The notes below the pieces were generated by a model, which saw only the letters and a list, made by a program, of their open reading frames with translations, made no database searches and was not told where the DNA came from. 38,961 nt of DNA from an uncultured bacterium. GTDB lineage: Bacteria > CAYJRR01. Position 1 is the first letter of the stretch; every line of letters begins with the position of its first letter. The position numbers were made by a program, and so were the translations under genes. Shown piece by piece: positions 1 to 7,773 of this stretch. The stretch spans positions 1-38,961 of the forward strand of contig CAYJRR010000030.1 of NCBI GenBank assembly GCA_964372275.1. Reading direction: 5' to 3'.

Positions 1-1338
1 CGCCGCGAGGAGGACGATCGCCGCGGCCGCCGCGAGGAGGCCTCGCGACGTCGCCGGCGAGGCGCGCTCGACGCCGCCGGCCGGATCGCCGCCGCCGGCC
101 GTGTCGGCGCCGGCCGCCGCCAGCACCCGGTCGGCGCCGCGCGCCGCGACGCCGGCGGCGAACAGCGCCGCCAGCAGGAACCACCGGCCCGGGGCTCGCA
201 AGTGCGCGTATCCGGGCACCAGGAAGTAGAAGAGGTAGTGGAGCGGCGCCAGAAGCCCCATCGCCAGGACGAGGCAGAGCAGGGCGTTCGTCAGCAGGAA
301 CCGGCCGCGAGGATCGCGCGATCCCAGGGCCACCAGCGGAAGGGTGAGGATCCCGAGGTACGACCATCGCTCGACGTATCCCGGCCAGCTCCACGGTCCC
401 CCGAGCAGGAGGTCCGGCGCCCAGATCCGCGGCAGGCTGTTGGGCAGGAGCGAATAGGCCCCCGACTCGGCCAACGTGAGCCGCTCACGCGCCCCTCCGC
501 GGATCGCCTCCAGCCATGGGAGCACCGCCGGCGCGGCGATCATCGCGCCGGCGACGAGGGCGAGCGCCAGCCACGGCGCCGCCTCCCCGATCGCGCGCCG
601 CCACGAAAGCCCGTCGCCGCGACGCCGGCGCAGGGCCTCGTCGATCACCACCGCCGTACCGGCCGCGGTGAAGAACCAGACCGACGGCGAGCCGCCGACC
701 AGGAGCGACATCGCCACGAGGGCCCCCAGCCGCCGGCACCACCGCCGTCGTTCGAGATCGGTCGCCGCGGCGGCGAGCTCCGCGCCCGCCGTCATCACCG
801 CCGGGAGCCAGGCGGCGGCGACGACGACGTGTCCGCTCTTTCCCTGCAGCCACAATGCCCCGCCGAAGGCGTAGACCAGCGCGCCGAGCAGCCCGGCGGC
901 GGGGGTGCTTTTCGCGACTCTGCGCGCGAACCACCACGCGGTGAGGGCGGCGATCCCGAGGTGCAGTCCGACCAAAAGCGGCGCCGCCATTTCCGGCGGA
1001 AGCACGTAGGCGCCGAGGTTCAGCGGGTAGCGCGCCATCGTCGGCAACACCTCGGCGGGCGCCCCGCCGAAGAGGGTCGGATTCCACGACGGCGCACCGA
1101 CGAACGGAACGTGCCCCCGGAGACTTCCGAGCGCCGGGATCAACTCGGCGCCGAAGTCGTTCGACGCGAAGGTCCGACCCGAACGCAGCGCCCAGAGAAC
1201 CGGGGCGAGCCCGAGCAGCAGCAGTGCGACGGTGATCGGGAGTCGGAATCGACCCCCGGGGCGAGTCTCCGGGCTCAAGGGGGCGAGACTACGACCGACC
1301 GGTGCCGGTGCGGTAGCCGGGGCTCGGGGAACCCCCAC
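1..1338 (-). CDS. Polytopic integral membrane protein. Partial: the C-terminus runs off the window edge. Possibly GT-C/YfhO-like, but the family is uncertain
   Basis: The minus-strand frame translates to many hydrophobic helices (e.g. RFRLPITVALLLLGLAPVLWAL... PWSWPGYVERWSYLGILTLPLV... FLLTNALLCLVLAMGLLAPLHYLFYFLVPGY). It is bounded upstream by an in-frame stop at 1396-1398 and a GTG at 1338. The overlapping plus-strand ORF 202..1395 is Arg-rich low-complexity, typical of a non-coding frame in high-GC DNA. Confidence 0.5.
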   Translation of the reverse strand, partial: MGVPRAPATAPAPVGRSLAPLSPETRPGGRFRLPITVALLLLGLAPVLWALRSGRTFASNDFGAELIPALGSLRGHVPFVGAPSWNPTLFGGAPAEVLPTMARYPLNLGAYVLPPEMAAPLLVGLHLGIAALTAWWFARRVAKSTPAAGLLGALVYAFGGALWLQGKSGHVVVAAAWLPAVMTAGAELAAAATDLERRRWCRRLGALVAMSLLVGGSPSVWFFTAAGTAVVIDEALRRRRGDGLSWRRAIGEAAPWLALALVAGAMIAAPAVLPWLEAIRGGARERLTLAESGAYSLLPNSLPRIWAPDLLLGGPWSWPGYVERWSYLGILTLPLVALGSRDPRGRFLLTNALLCLVLAMGLLAPLHYLFYFLVPGYAHLRAPGRWFLLAALFAAGVAARGADRVLAAAGADTAGGGDPAGGVERASPATSRGLLAAAAAIVLLAA

Positions 1339-1473
1339 CGTGCCCGCCGGGTGGAGCGCTCGTTTGACGGGTCGCCGGACACCGTGAGAAGCTAACTATC
1401 CGCAGGAAGTTCGCGCAATTGGGGGGCCCGAACGGGTCCTCCCGGGACCGACGCGGCATCGGAAAGGCGACTC

Positions 1474-2394
1474 GTGCTTCAACTCCAGGTCGCACTCTTC
1501 TTGCTGTTCGCCTATCTGCTCTTGGCCGTTGGGGTCTTCCTCTTCATTCGCCTGCTCTTCCCCGAGGAGGAGGCGGCCGGAGCGAAGAAGCGTCTCGGCG
1601 TCGGCGGCGTCCGGACCGTTACCCCCTCCCTGGTGATGCGGATCACGCGGCCGCTGGCGGTGATGCTCACGCCGCTCACCCAGAACATCAAGGCGGAGAA
1701 GTACCGGGCGAAGGTGCGGCGCGGCTTCGTCAGCGCCGGGATGACCGACGAGATGACCCCCGACGAGTTCTTCGGGTGGAAGATCGTGATGGGGACCTTC
1801 CTGTTCCTCTTCGTCGCCAACACCGTCGGCGGCATCTGGGACCTTCCCTGGTACGTCCACATCGGCGTCTACCTGGTCGGCTTCTTCTATCCCGACATCT
1901 GGCTCAAGGGGATGATCGGCCGGCGGCAGAAGAAGATCCTCCGCGCGCTCCCCTACGTGATGGACCTGCTCACGCTCTCGGTGGAGGCGGGGCTCGACTT
2001 CGTCTCCGGGATCGCCAAGGTGACGGAGAAGGCCAAACCCGGACCGCTGGTGGAGGAGCTCGCCTTCTACCTGCACGAGACGCAGATCGGCACCACGCGC
2101 TCGCAGGCGCTGCGGAACATGGCCTACCGCATCAACTTGCCGCAGATCAGCTCGTTCGCCGCGCTCCTGGTCCAGGCCGACCAGCTCGGGGCGTCGATCG
2201 GCCCGGTGCTCCGCGCGCAGTCCGACCTGCTGCGCGCCCAGCGCTTCCAGGCGGCGGAGAAGGCGGGTGCCGCCGCGACGCAGAAGCTCCTCTTTCCGCT
2301 CGTGCTCTGCATCATGCCCGCGGTCTTCATCGTGATCTTCGGGCCGATCCTGCTGAACTTCATCTACGGCACCGGCGTCATCGGGGGCGGCTAG
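1474..2394 (+). CDS. tadC: T2SSF-domain inner-membrane platform protein, TadC/TadB-like
   Basis: A 306-aa product with TM helices and a GspF/T2SSF-type domain (ALPYVMDLLTLSVEAGLDFVSGIAKV... LPQISSFAALLVQADQLGASIGPVLRAQSDLLR). GTG start preceded by GGAAAGG. It is a second platform paralog, located ~18 kb away from tadB at 20488. Confidence 0.75.
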   Translation: MLQLQVALFLLFAYLLLAVGVFLFIRLLFPEEEAAGAKKRLGVGGVRTVTPSLVMRITRPLAVMLTPLTQNIKAEKYRAKVRRGFVSAGMTDEMTPDEFFGWKIVMGTFLFLFVANTVGGIWDLPWYVHIGVYLVGFFYPDIWLKGMIGRRQKKILRALPYVMDLLTLSVEAGLDFVSGIAKVTEKAKPGPLVEELAFYLHETQIGTTRSQALRNMAYRINLPQISSFAALLVQADQLGASIGPVLRAQSDLLRAQRFQAAEKAGAAATQKLLFPLVLCIMPAVFIVIFGPILLNFIYGTGVIGGG

Positions 2395-2404
2395 GAGGAA
2401 TCCC

Positions 2405-2749
2405 GTGACCTTCCGTAACCGGACGCGCGGAATGGTGCTCTCCGATCGGACGCGGGTGGCCGACCGGCTCGTGAGCCGCATGGTCGGCCTGCTGGCCACC
2501 GACCGGCTCGAAGACGGCGAGGGCCTGTGGATCGAGCCGTGCACGTCGATCCACACCTGGTTCATGCGGTTCCCGATCGACGCCCTGTTCCTCGACGACG
2601 GGGGCCGCGTGGTGAAGCTGGTGCGCACGATGAAGCCCTGGAGACTGACCTCGATCGCCCGCCGGGCCCGTGGTGTCCTCGAGCTCCCCGCCGGGACGCT
2701 CGACCGGACCGGGACGTCGGTCGGAGACGAGGTCGAGCGGACGGCATGA
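2405..2749 (+). CDS. DUF192 (COG1430) family protein
   Basis: A 114-aa product carrying LWIEPCTSIHTWFMRFPIDALFLD...GTL, characteristic of DUF192. GGAGGA lies upstream of the GTG start. The 3' end overlaps the next gene in an ATGA junction. Confidence 0.65.
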   Translation: MTFRNRTRGMVLSDRTRVADRLVSRMVGLLATDRLEDGEGLWIEPCTSIHTWFMRFPIDALFLDDGGRVVKLVRTMKPWRLTSIARRARGVLELPAGTLDRTGTSVGDEVERTA

Positions 2750-4461
2750 CGGCCAAGCTCGTCATCGTCGAAGGTCCGCAGCGCGGCCGGGAGTTCCCCT
2801 TGCGGGAGGGGGAGAACGTCGTCGGCCGCACGTCGGAGACGCCGATCGAGCTGGCGTCGAACAAGGTTTCGCGACGCCACGCCACGATCCACCTGACGAA
2901 CGGGCGGGTCGAGGTGGAGGACCTGGGCTCGGCGAACGGGACGTTCGTCAACGGCAAACAGGTCACGCGCGCGCCGGTGCCGGCCGGGTCGAAGATCCTG
3001 GTCGGCGACTTCGTCTTGCAAGTGGTCAACGGCGGCGGCGCGGCGCGCCCGGCCGGCGCGCCGGCGCGACCGGTGACCGGGGGAGTTCCGGCGGGTCCCC
3101 GCACCGGGCCGGTCGCCGCCACGCGGCCGGTCCAGGGGAACGCGGTCAAGAAGACCGGCAAGGCGGTGATGGTCGTCAACCCGCAGCAACGGCCGGGCGC
3201 GACGAAGCGGCCGGCACGGGCGGCGGCGCCGGTCAGCGTGCCGAGCGAAGGGGCGAAGAAGGCGGCGGACCGGATCGTCGCCCGCATCGGCGGACTTCCC
3301 TGGCGATCGCAAGTGGTGGTGATCGTCGTCGCGCTCTCGGCCGCGCTGATGCTGGCGGTGACCTACGTCATCAGCAAGGCGAAGAGCGACTACCAGAAGC
3401 TGGCGACCCGGCACGCCGTCACGATCGCCAAACAGATCGCCGCGCAGAACGCCATCTACCTGGCGACCAAGGAGAACCTCCAGCTCAACGTCGACGTGGA
3501 GGAGACCGAGCTGGGGGTGAAGGACGCGCAGATCGTCGGCGCCGACGGTCAGATCAAGTACCCCAAGACCCTCCTCGGGAACCTGCAAGAGGCCCCGATT
3601 GTCCAAGAGGCGTTGGCGTTGAAGGACTTCTCGGTGGTGATGAAGCCGAGCGCGGACAACCCGGAGTGGGTCGACATCGCCGTGCCGGTGTTGTTCTACA
3701 ACGCCAACTCGGCGAAGTTCGACCAGGTGGGGGCGGTACTGATCACCTACGCGCCGGTCGAGGTGACGAAGAGGGCCACCCAGGCGGGTTGGCTCTACGG
3801 CGTGTCGGCCTTCCTGCTGCTCGTCGCCGGCGGCGCCGGAGCCTACTTGCTGATGCGGTCGACCGAATCGGCGGTGCAACGGGTCCAGGAGGACACCGAG
3901 CTTCTCGCCCGCGGCGACCTGCAGCAGATTGCGAGCCCGATCAAGATGCGCGAGATCGAGGCGCTGGTCCATTCGATCAATCGCCTGTTCCAGAAAGCGG
4001 GGGCGATGCGGTCCACGGCCGACCCGGCTTCCGCCGCGCACCCGGTCGCGTCCGCGCCGATGCTGGCGCTTCCGGCGCAGGTCGGACCCGTGGGGAACGC
4101 CGGCTCCGACGCGATCGTGCGCGCGCTGGTCGAGGCGATCGAGGACGCGGCGATCGTCGTCGACGCCGACAGCAAGGTGGTCGAGGTGAACAAGGCCGCC
4201 GAGCGGATGTTCGGCCTCGTTCCCGCAAAGGTGCGGGGGAAGCACCTGCTCGAGGCGATCACCGAGAAGCAGCTGCTGAACGACGTGCTCGATCTCCTGA
4301 ACGAGATCGCCGCGGCGCCGGAAGGGGTGGTCACGCGCGCGCTGGAGGTTCCGGGGCCCGACGGGCCGAAGCCGGGACACGTCTCGGCGGCCGGCGTCCG
4401 GCAGGGTAACGAGCTGGTCGGATCGGCGATCGTCATCTCCGCACGGGGTGACGCTTCGTGA
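2746..4461 (+). CDS. Membrane sensor protein with the domain order FHA, TM, periplasmic region, TM, HAMP-like, PAS
   Basis: N-terminal FHA domain (LVIVEGPQRGREFPL...VVGR...NKVSRRHATIHL...VEDLGSANGTFVNG). A Pro/Ala linker follows. Two TM segments (VVVIVVALSAALMLAVTYVI; WLYGVSAFLLLVAGGAGAYLLM). Then a HAMP-like helix and a C-terminal PAS-like fold (IVRALVEAIEDAAIVVDADSKVVEVNKAAERMFG...). The real start is the ATG at 2746, in frame with the track ORF 2527..4461. Confidence 0.75.
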   Translation: MTAKLVIVEGPQRGREFPLREGENVVGRTSETPIELASNKVSRRHATIHLTNGRVEVEDLGSANGTFVNGKQVTRAPVPAGSKILVGDFVLQVVNGGGAARPAGAPARPVTGGVPAGPRTGPVAATRPVQGNAVKKTGKAVMVVNPQQRPGATKRPARAAAPVSVPSEGAKKAADRIVARIGGLPWRSQVVVIVVALSAALMLAVTYVISKAKSDYQKLATRHAVTIAKQIAAQNAIYLATKENLQLNVDVEETELGVKDAQIVGADGQIKYPKTLLGNLQEAPIVQEALALKDFSVVMKPSADNPEWVDIAVPVLFYNANSAKFDQVGAVLITYAPVEVTKRATQAGWLYGVSAFLLLVAGGAGAYLLMRSTESAVQRVQEDTELLARGDLQQIASPIKMREIEALVHSINRLFQKAGAMRSTADPASAAHPVASAPMLALPAQVGPVGNAGSDAIVRALVEAIEDAAIVVDADSKVVEVNKAAERMFGLVPAKVRGKHLLEAITEKQLLNDVLDLLNEIAAAPEGVVTRALEVPGPDGPKPGHVSAAGVRQGNELVGSAIVISARGDAS

Positions 4462-5525
4462 CGGGGAAGGCACGGTCATCCCTTCGGGGCGCCGGGAAGG
4501 ATCGAATGGGCGGTATGCCGCGCGCCACCGATCCGCGCAAGGCCTCGGCCTCGGCGGGTCCGATGCGGCTCCGCATCCTCGACGGACCGGAAGCGGGGAC
4601 GGAGTACGCCGTCACCGGGGAGCGGGTGAGCCTCGGACGCGGGGACGGGAACGACATCGTGCTGGTCGACGAGAACGCGTCGCGCAACCACGCCGAGCTG
4701 GTGATGGAGCGCGACGGCCGGTACCGCGTGCGCGACCTCGGGAGCCGTCACGGCGTGGTGGTCAACAAGCGCCGGGTGCAGGAGGCGGCGCTCGCGTCCG
4801 GCGATCGCCTGCGCATCGGCAGCACGACGGTCGAGGTCCGGATCGACGGCGCACCTGCGGCGGGCAGTCCCCTGGTACGGTGGCTCGCGGTCGGCGGCGT
4901 GGTGGTGGTGGCCGCCGTCCTCTTCCTGGCGATGCGGGGCGGGAAGGGTCCGGTGGTGGTGGGAAATTCCGGGGCGCGTACGGTCGGCAGCGCCGCTCCG
5001 GCCCCGTCCGTCGCGGCGGCGGCGCCGGTCGTTCCGCGCGATCCCAACAGCATCTCCCTGGGGAGTCTCTTGAGTCCCGCCGCCTCCGCGCCGGCCAAAG
5101 GGGTGGAGGTCGGCCGCAACGCGAACACCCGTCCGGTCGGGGTCCCTCCTCCGACGGCGGCGACGATCAAGTCGAGCCCGGCGGACGTCGCGGCGGCGGC
5201 GGCGCTGATCGCCGAAGCCGACCGGAGCCTGGGAAGCGGACGCCTGTCGGACGCCCGCGAACAGATCGCCCGGGCGATCCGGATCGACCCCTCGTGCGAG
5301 CGTTGCGTCGCCAAGCTCGCCGGCGTCGAGGCGACGATCAAGAAGCAGATCGAGGACGCCTTCGCCGCCGGCAGGAAGTACCTCGACACGGCCCGCTACC
5401 AGGACGCCATCAACCAGTTCCAGAAGGTGAAACTGTTGGATCCCGATCCGGCCTCGATCAATAATGGGAACGCGAGCCGGCTGATCCAGGAGGCGCAGAC
5501 GCTGAAGGCGCAGAGCGGCCGATAG
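4458..5525 (+). CDS. FHA-domain membrane protein with a C-terminal TPR-like region
   Basis: FHA domain (LRILDGPEAGTEYAVTGERVSLGRGDGNDIVLVDENASRNHAELVMERDGRYRVRDLGSRHGVVVN). One TM helix (WLAVGGVVVVAAVLFLAM). A helical TPR-like tail follows. The GTG at 4458 overlaps the upstream stop (GTGA). An alternative ATG start is at 4506. Confidence 0.7.
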   Translation: MTGKARSSLRGAGKDRMGGMPRATDPRKASASAGPMRLRILDGPEAGTEYAVTGERVSLGRGDGNDIVLVDENASRNHAELVMERDGRYRVRDLGSRHGVVVNKRRVQEAALASGDRLRIGSTTVEVRIDGAPAAGSPLVRWLAVGGVVVVAAVLFLAMRGGKGPVVVGNSGARTVGSAAPAPSVAAAAPVVPRDPNSISLGSLLSPAASAPAKGVEVGRNANTRPVGVPPPTAATIKSSPADVAAAAALIAEADRSLGSGRLSDAREQIARAIRIDPSCERCVAKLAGVEATIKKQIEDAFAAGRKYLDTARYQDAINQFQKVKLLDPDPASINNGNASRLIQEAQTLKAQSGR

Positions 5526-5541
5526 GAAAGAGCCCTCCGGC

Positions 5542-7752
5542 ATGATCGAGTTGATCGTCAAGAAAGATGATCGCGAGATCAATCGCTACTTCCTTCCGCA
5601 GGGAATCACCACCCTCGGACGAGCGGAGGACAACGGAATCATCCTCGACGATTCCTGCGTCTCGCGCCGGCACGCCCAGATCAAGGTCGACGGCGCCAAG
5701 GTCCTGATCGAGGACATGAACTCCGGCAACGGCGTCTACCGGGGGGACGCCCGCATCGAGCAGCACGAGCTCGCCGACGGTGACGAGATCGTGATCGAGC
5801 CGTTCACGCTGCTCGTTCGCATGGACGCCGAGAAGGGGAGGGTCGCCGATTCGACGCGGCCCGTTCCGAGCGCCAATCGGCCGAGAAGCGAGCGCCTCGA
5901 TCCGCCGCCGCGCACCGCCCGGGAGCCGGGCGGGTCGGCCGCCGGCGGACCCCGCCTCGAGGTGCTTCGCGGGGCCGGGGGTCCGTACCTCCTGTCCGGC
6001 GACAGCATCGTTCTCGGTCGCTCGGACGAGGCGAAGATCACGCTCAAGGATCCGTCCTCCTCCCGCAAACACGCGATGATCGAGCGTTCGAACCGGGGCT
6101 GGACGGTCCGCGATCTGGGCAGCGCGAACGGGACCTACCTGAACGGTTCGGCGATCGGCGAGTCGCCGCTCGCCAACGGGGACGTCATCCTCATCGGGAA
6201 CACCGAGCTCCGCTTCATCGATCCGGAGGCGGTCGCCGACGACGATCCGGCGCCGCTTCCGTCCACCCGATCCGTCGCTGTCGACCGCGGGCGCGCCGCG
6301 GTCCTGAAGGACGAACCGGTCTGGGCGGACAGCGTCCGGGAGGCGGAGGCGGACGGTCTCACCGGGGCGGTCCACACCTCGGAGTTGTTCGAAGCGGGGG
6401 GCACCGCGGCCGGCGGCGATACGGAGCTGGGGGCGGCGGGGGCCGACGACGCGGGTGGGGTGGAGGACGAGGGCTATGCGGCGGACGGCGATCGCTCCAC
6501 CGCCGACTTCGGCTCGATCGACGCCACGGGGGCGGGCGACGCGTACGGGATGGAGCTGGAAGGGGTGGCGTTCCCCGGCGACGAGGTGCCGGAGTCGATC
6601 GTCGGGCGCTACATCTACTCGCTCAAGACCAATCGCCGTACCCAGTTGATCACCGGGTTGCTCGGATTCACCTTCGTGATGATCCTGATCGCGGGCAGCC
6701 GGGGGGGCGGTGGCGCGGGGGGAGCGGCCGTCGGGCCGCAAGTGCTCGACAAGCAGCAGAAGCTCACGCTGACCACCATGGAGGCCGCCCTGCGTCAGGC
6801 GCTGGGGGCGATCGATCCGTCCAAGCCGACGAAGGACTACGCGACGGCGTTCGAGTACTTCGGCCGGGTGCGGACGTTCGGCAGCACCGAGGAGATGAAA
6901 GAGGTCCGCGATGCGCAGGAGCTGGTGCGCACCGCGAACGAGAACATCTACACCCTGCACGAGGCGTTGCTCCTGGCCCGCCTGCGCGACGTCACGATGC
7001 GGGGCGCGGAACGGGATCGCGCCACGCAGGAGCGCTTCGATCGCTCGATGCGGGACGGGAAGGCCAACCTCGATGCGGCTCGCCGGCGGCGTTCGGTGGC
7101 CAGCTACGACGCGGCGCTACGCGCGTTCAACGACGTCCTCCAGATCGACCCCGAGAACGCCGAGATCAAGCAGCTGGTGGTCGCCGCCCGCTCCGAGCGC
7201 GGGAAGATCGCCGGTGAGATGTCGAAGGTCGCGAAGGCGGCGCTCGAGCGGAAGCAGAGGGCCACCTTCGACCAGGCGCAAGGCGCGATGGGCAAGCGAA
7301 CGGCGCGCGGCTACCTGGAAGCGATCCGTCTCTTCGAGCGGATGCTGCAGCAGGATCCGGGATACATGAGCGATCTGACCGGCCGGGCGTCGGCGGAGAT
7401 CGCCGCGGCGAAGAAGAAGCTGCGCGACTCGGCACGGCCGATCAAGGACAACGCGAAATCGGCGATCGCCCGGCAGGACTGGCTGACGGCGCGGGCCAAG
7501 CTGCGGCAGGCGCAGGCGACCGATCCGTACGACCTCTCCATTCCGGCGCAGTTGGAGGAGGTCCAGCAGGAGTGTCTCAAGAACGCGCGGCAACAGATCT
7601 CCGAGGCGAAGGCCTACAAGAACGTCGGGAACCCGGTCGAGGCGCGCAAATCGCTGGAGTTGGGCCTCCGCTACGCCGACGAAGAGAAGTACAAGGAGAA
7701 CCAGCAGATCCGCGAGCTCCTCAAGACGATCAGCCGCGAGAACGAGCGGTAG
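5542..7752 (+). CDS. Tandem-FHA membrane protein with a C-terminal TPR-like domain
   Basis: Two FHA domains (YFLPQGITTLGRAEDNGIILDDSCVSRRHAQIKVDG...IEDMNSGNGVY; YLLSGDSIVLGRSDEAKITLKDPSSSRKHAMIERSNRGWTVRDLGSANGTYLNG). An acidic low-complexity linker follows. One TM helix (LITGLLGFTFVMILIAG). A ~350-aa helical repeat region follows, paralogous to the tail of the previous gene. Confidence 0.8.
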   Translation: MIELIVKKDDREINRYFLPQGITTLGRAEDNGIILDDSCVSRRHAQIKVDGAKVLIEDMNSGNGVYRGDARIEQHELADGDEIVIEPFTLLVRMDAEKGRVADSTRPVPSANRPRSERLDPPPRTAREPGGSAAGGPRLEVLRGAGGPYLLSGDSIVLGRSDEAKITLKDPSSSRKHAMIERSNRGWTVRDLGSANGTYLNGSAIGESPLANGDVILIGNTELRFIDPEAVADDDPAPLPSTRSVAVDRGRAAVLKDEPVWADSVREAEADGLTGAVHTSELFEAGGTAAGGDTELGAAGADDAGGVEDEGYAADGDRSTADFGSIDATGAGDAYGMELEGVAFPGDEVPESIVGRYIYSLKTNRRTQLITGLLGFTFVMILIAGSRGGGGAGGAAVGPQVLDKQQKLTLTTMEAALRQALGAIDPSKPTKDYATAFEYFGRVRTFGSTEEMKEVRDAQELVRTANENIYTLHEALLLARLRDVTMRGAERDRATQERFDRSMRDGKANLDAARRRRSVASYDAALRAFNDVLQIDPENAEIKQLVVAARSERGKIAGEMSKVAKAALERKQRATFDQAQGAMGKRTARGYLEAIRLFERMLQQDPGYMSDLTGRASAEIAAAKKKLRDSARPIKDNAKSAIARQDWLTARAKLRQAQATDPYDLSIPAQLEEVQQECLKNARQQISEAKAYKNVGNPVEARKSLELGLRYADEEKYKENQQIRELLKTISRENER

Positions 7753-7773
7753 CCGTCGCGACGCGGCCCGCGG

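Noticed and set aside
202-1395. Long plus-strand ORF (397 aa)
   Set aside because: The translation is Arg/Pro/Gly low-complexity with no hydrophobic core. The opposite strand encodes a coherent polytopic membrane protein. This is a typical spurious open frame in ~70% GC DNA.
2527-2745. Upstream in-frame extension of the FHA sensor ORF, and the analogous N-terminal extensions of track ORFs 20559..22331, 26100..26588, 26417..26821, 26784..27491, 31296..31814 and 32338..35886
   Set aside because: The extensions are Arg-rich and overlap the preceding genes. Conserved domain boundaries and start/stop-overlap geometry support the shorter starts listed in the features.
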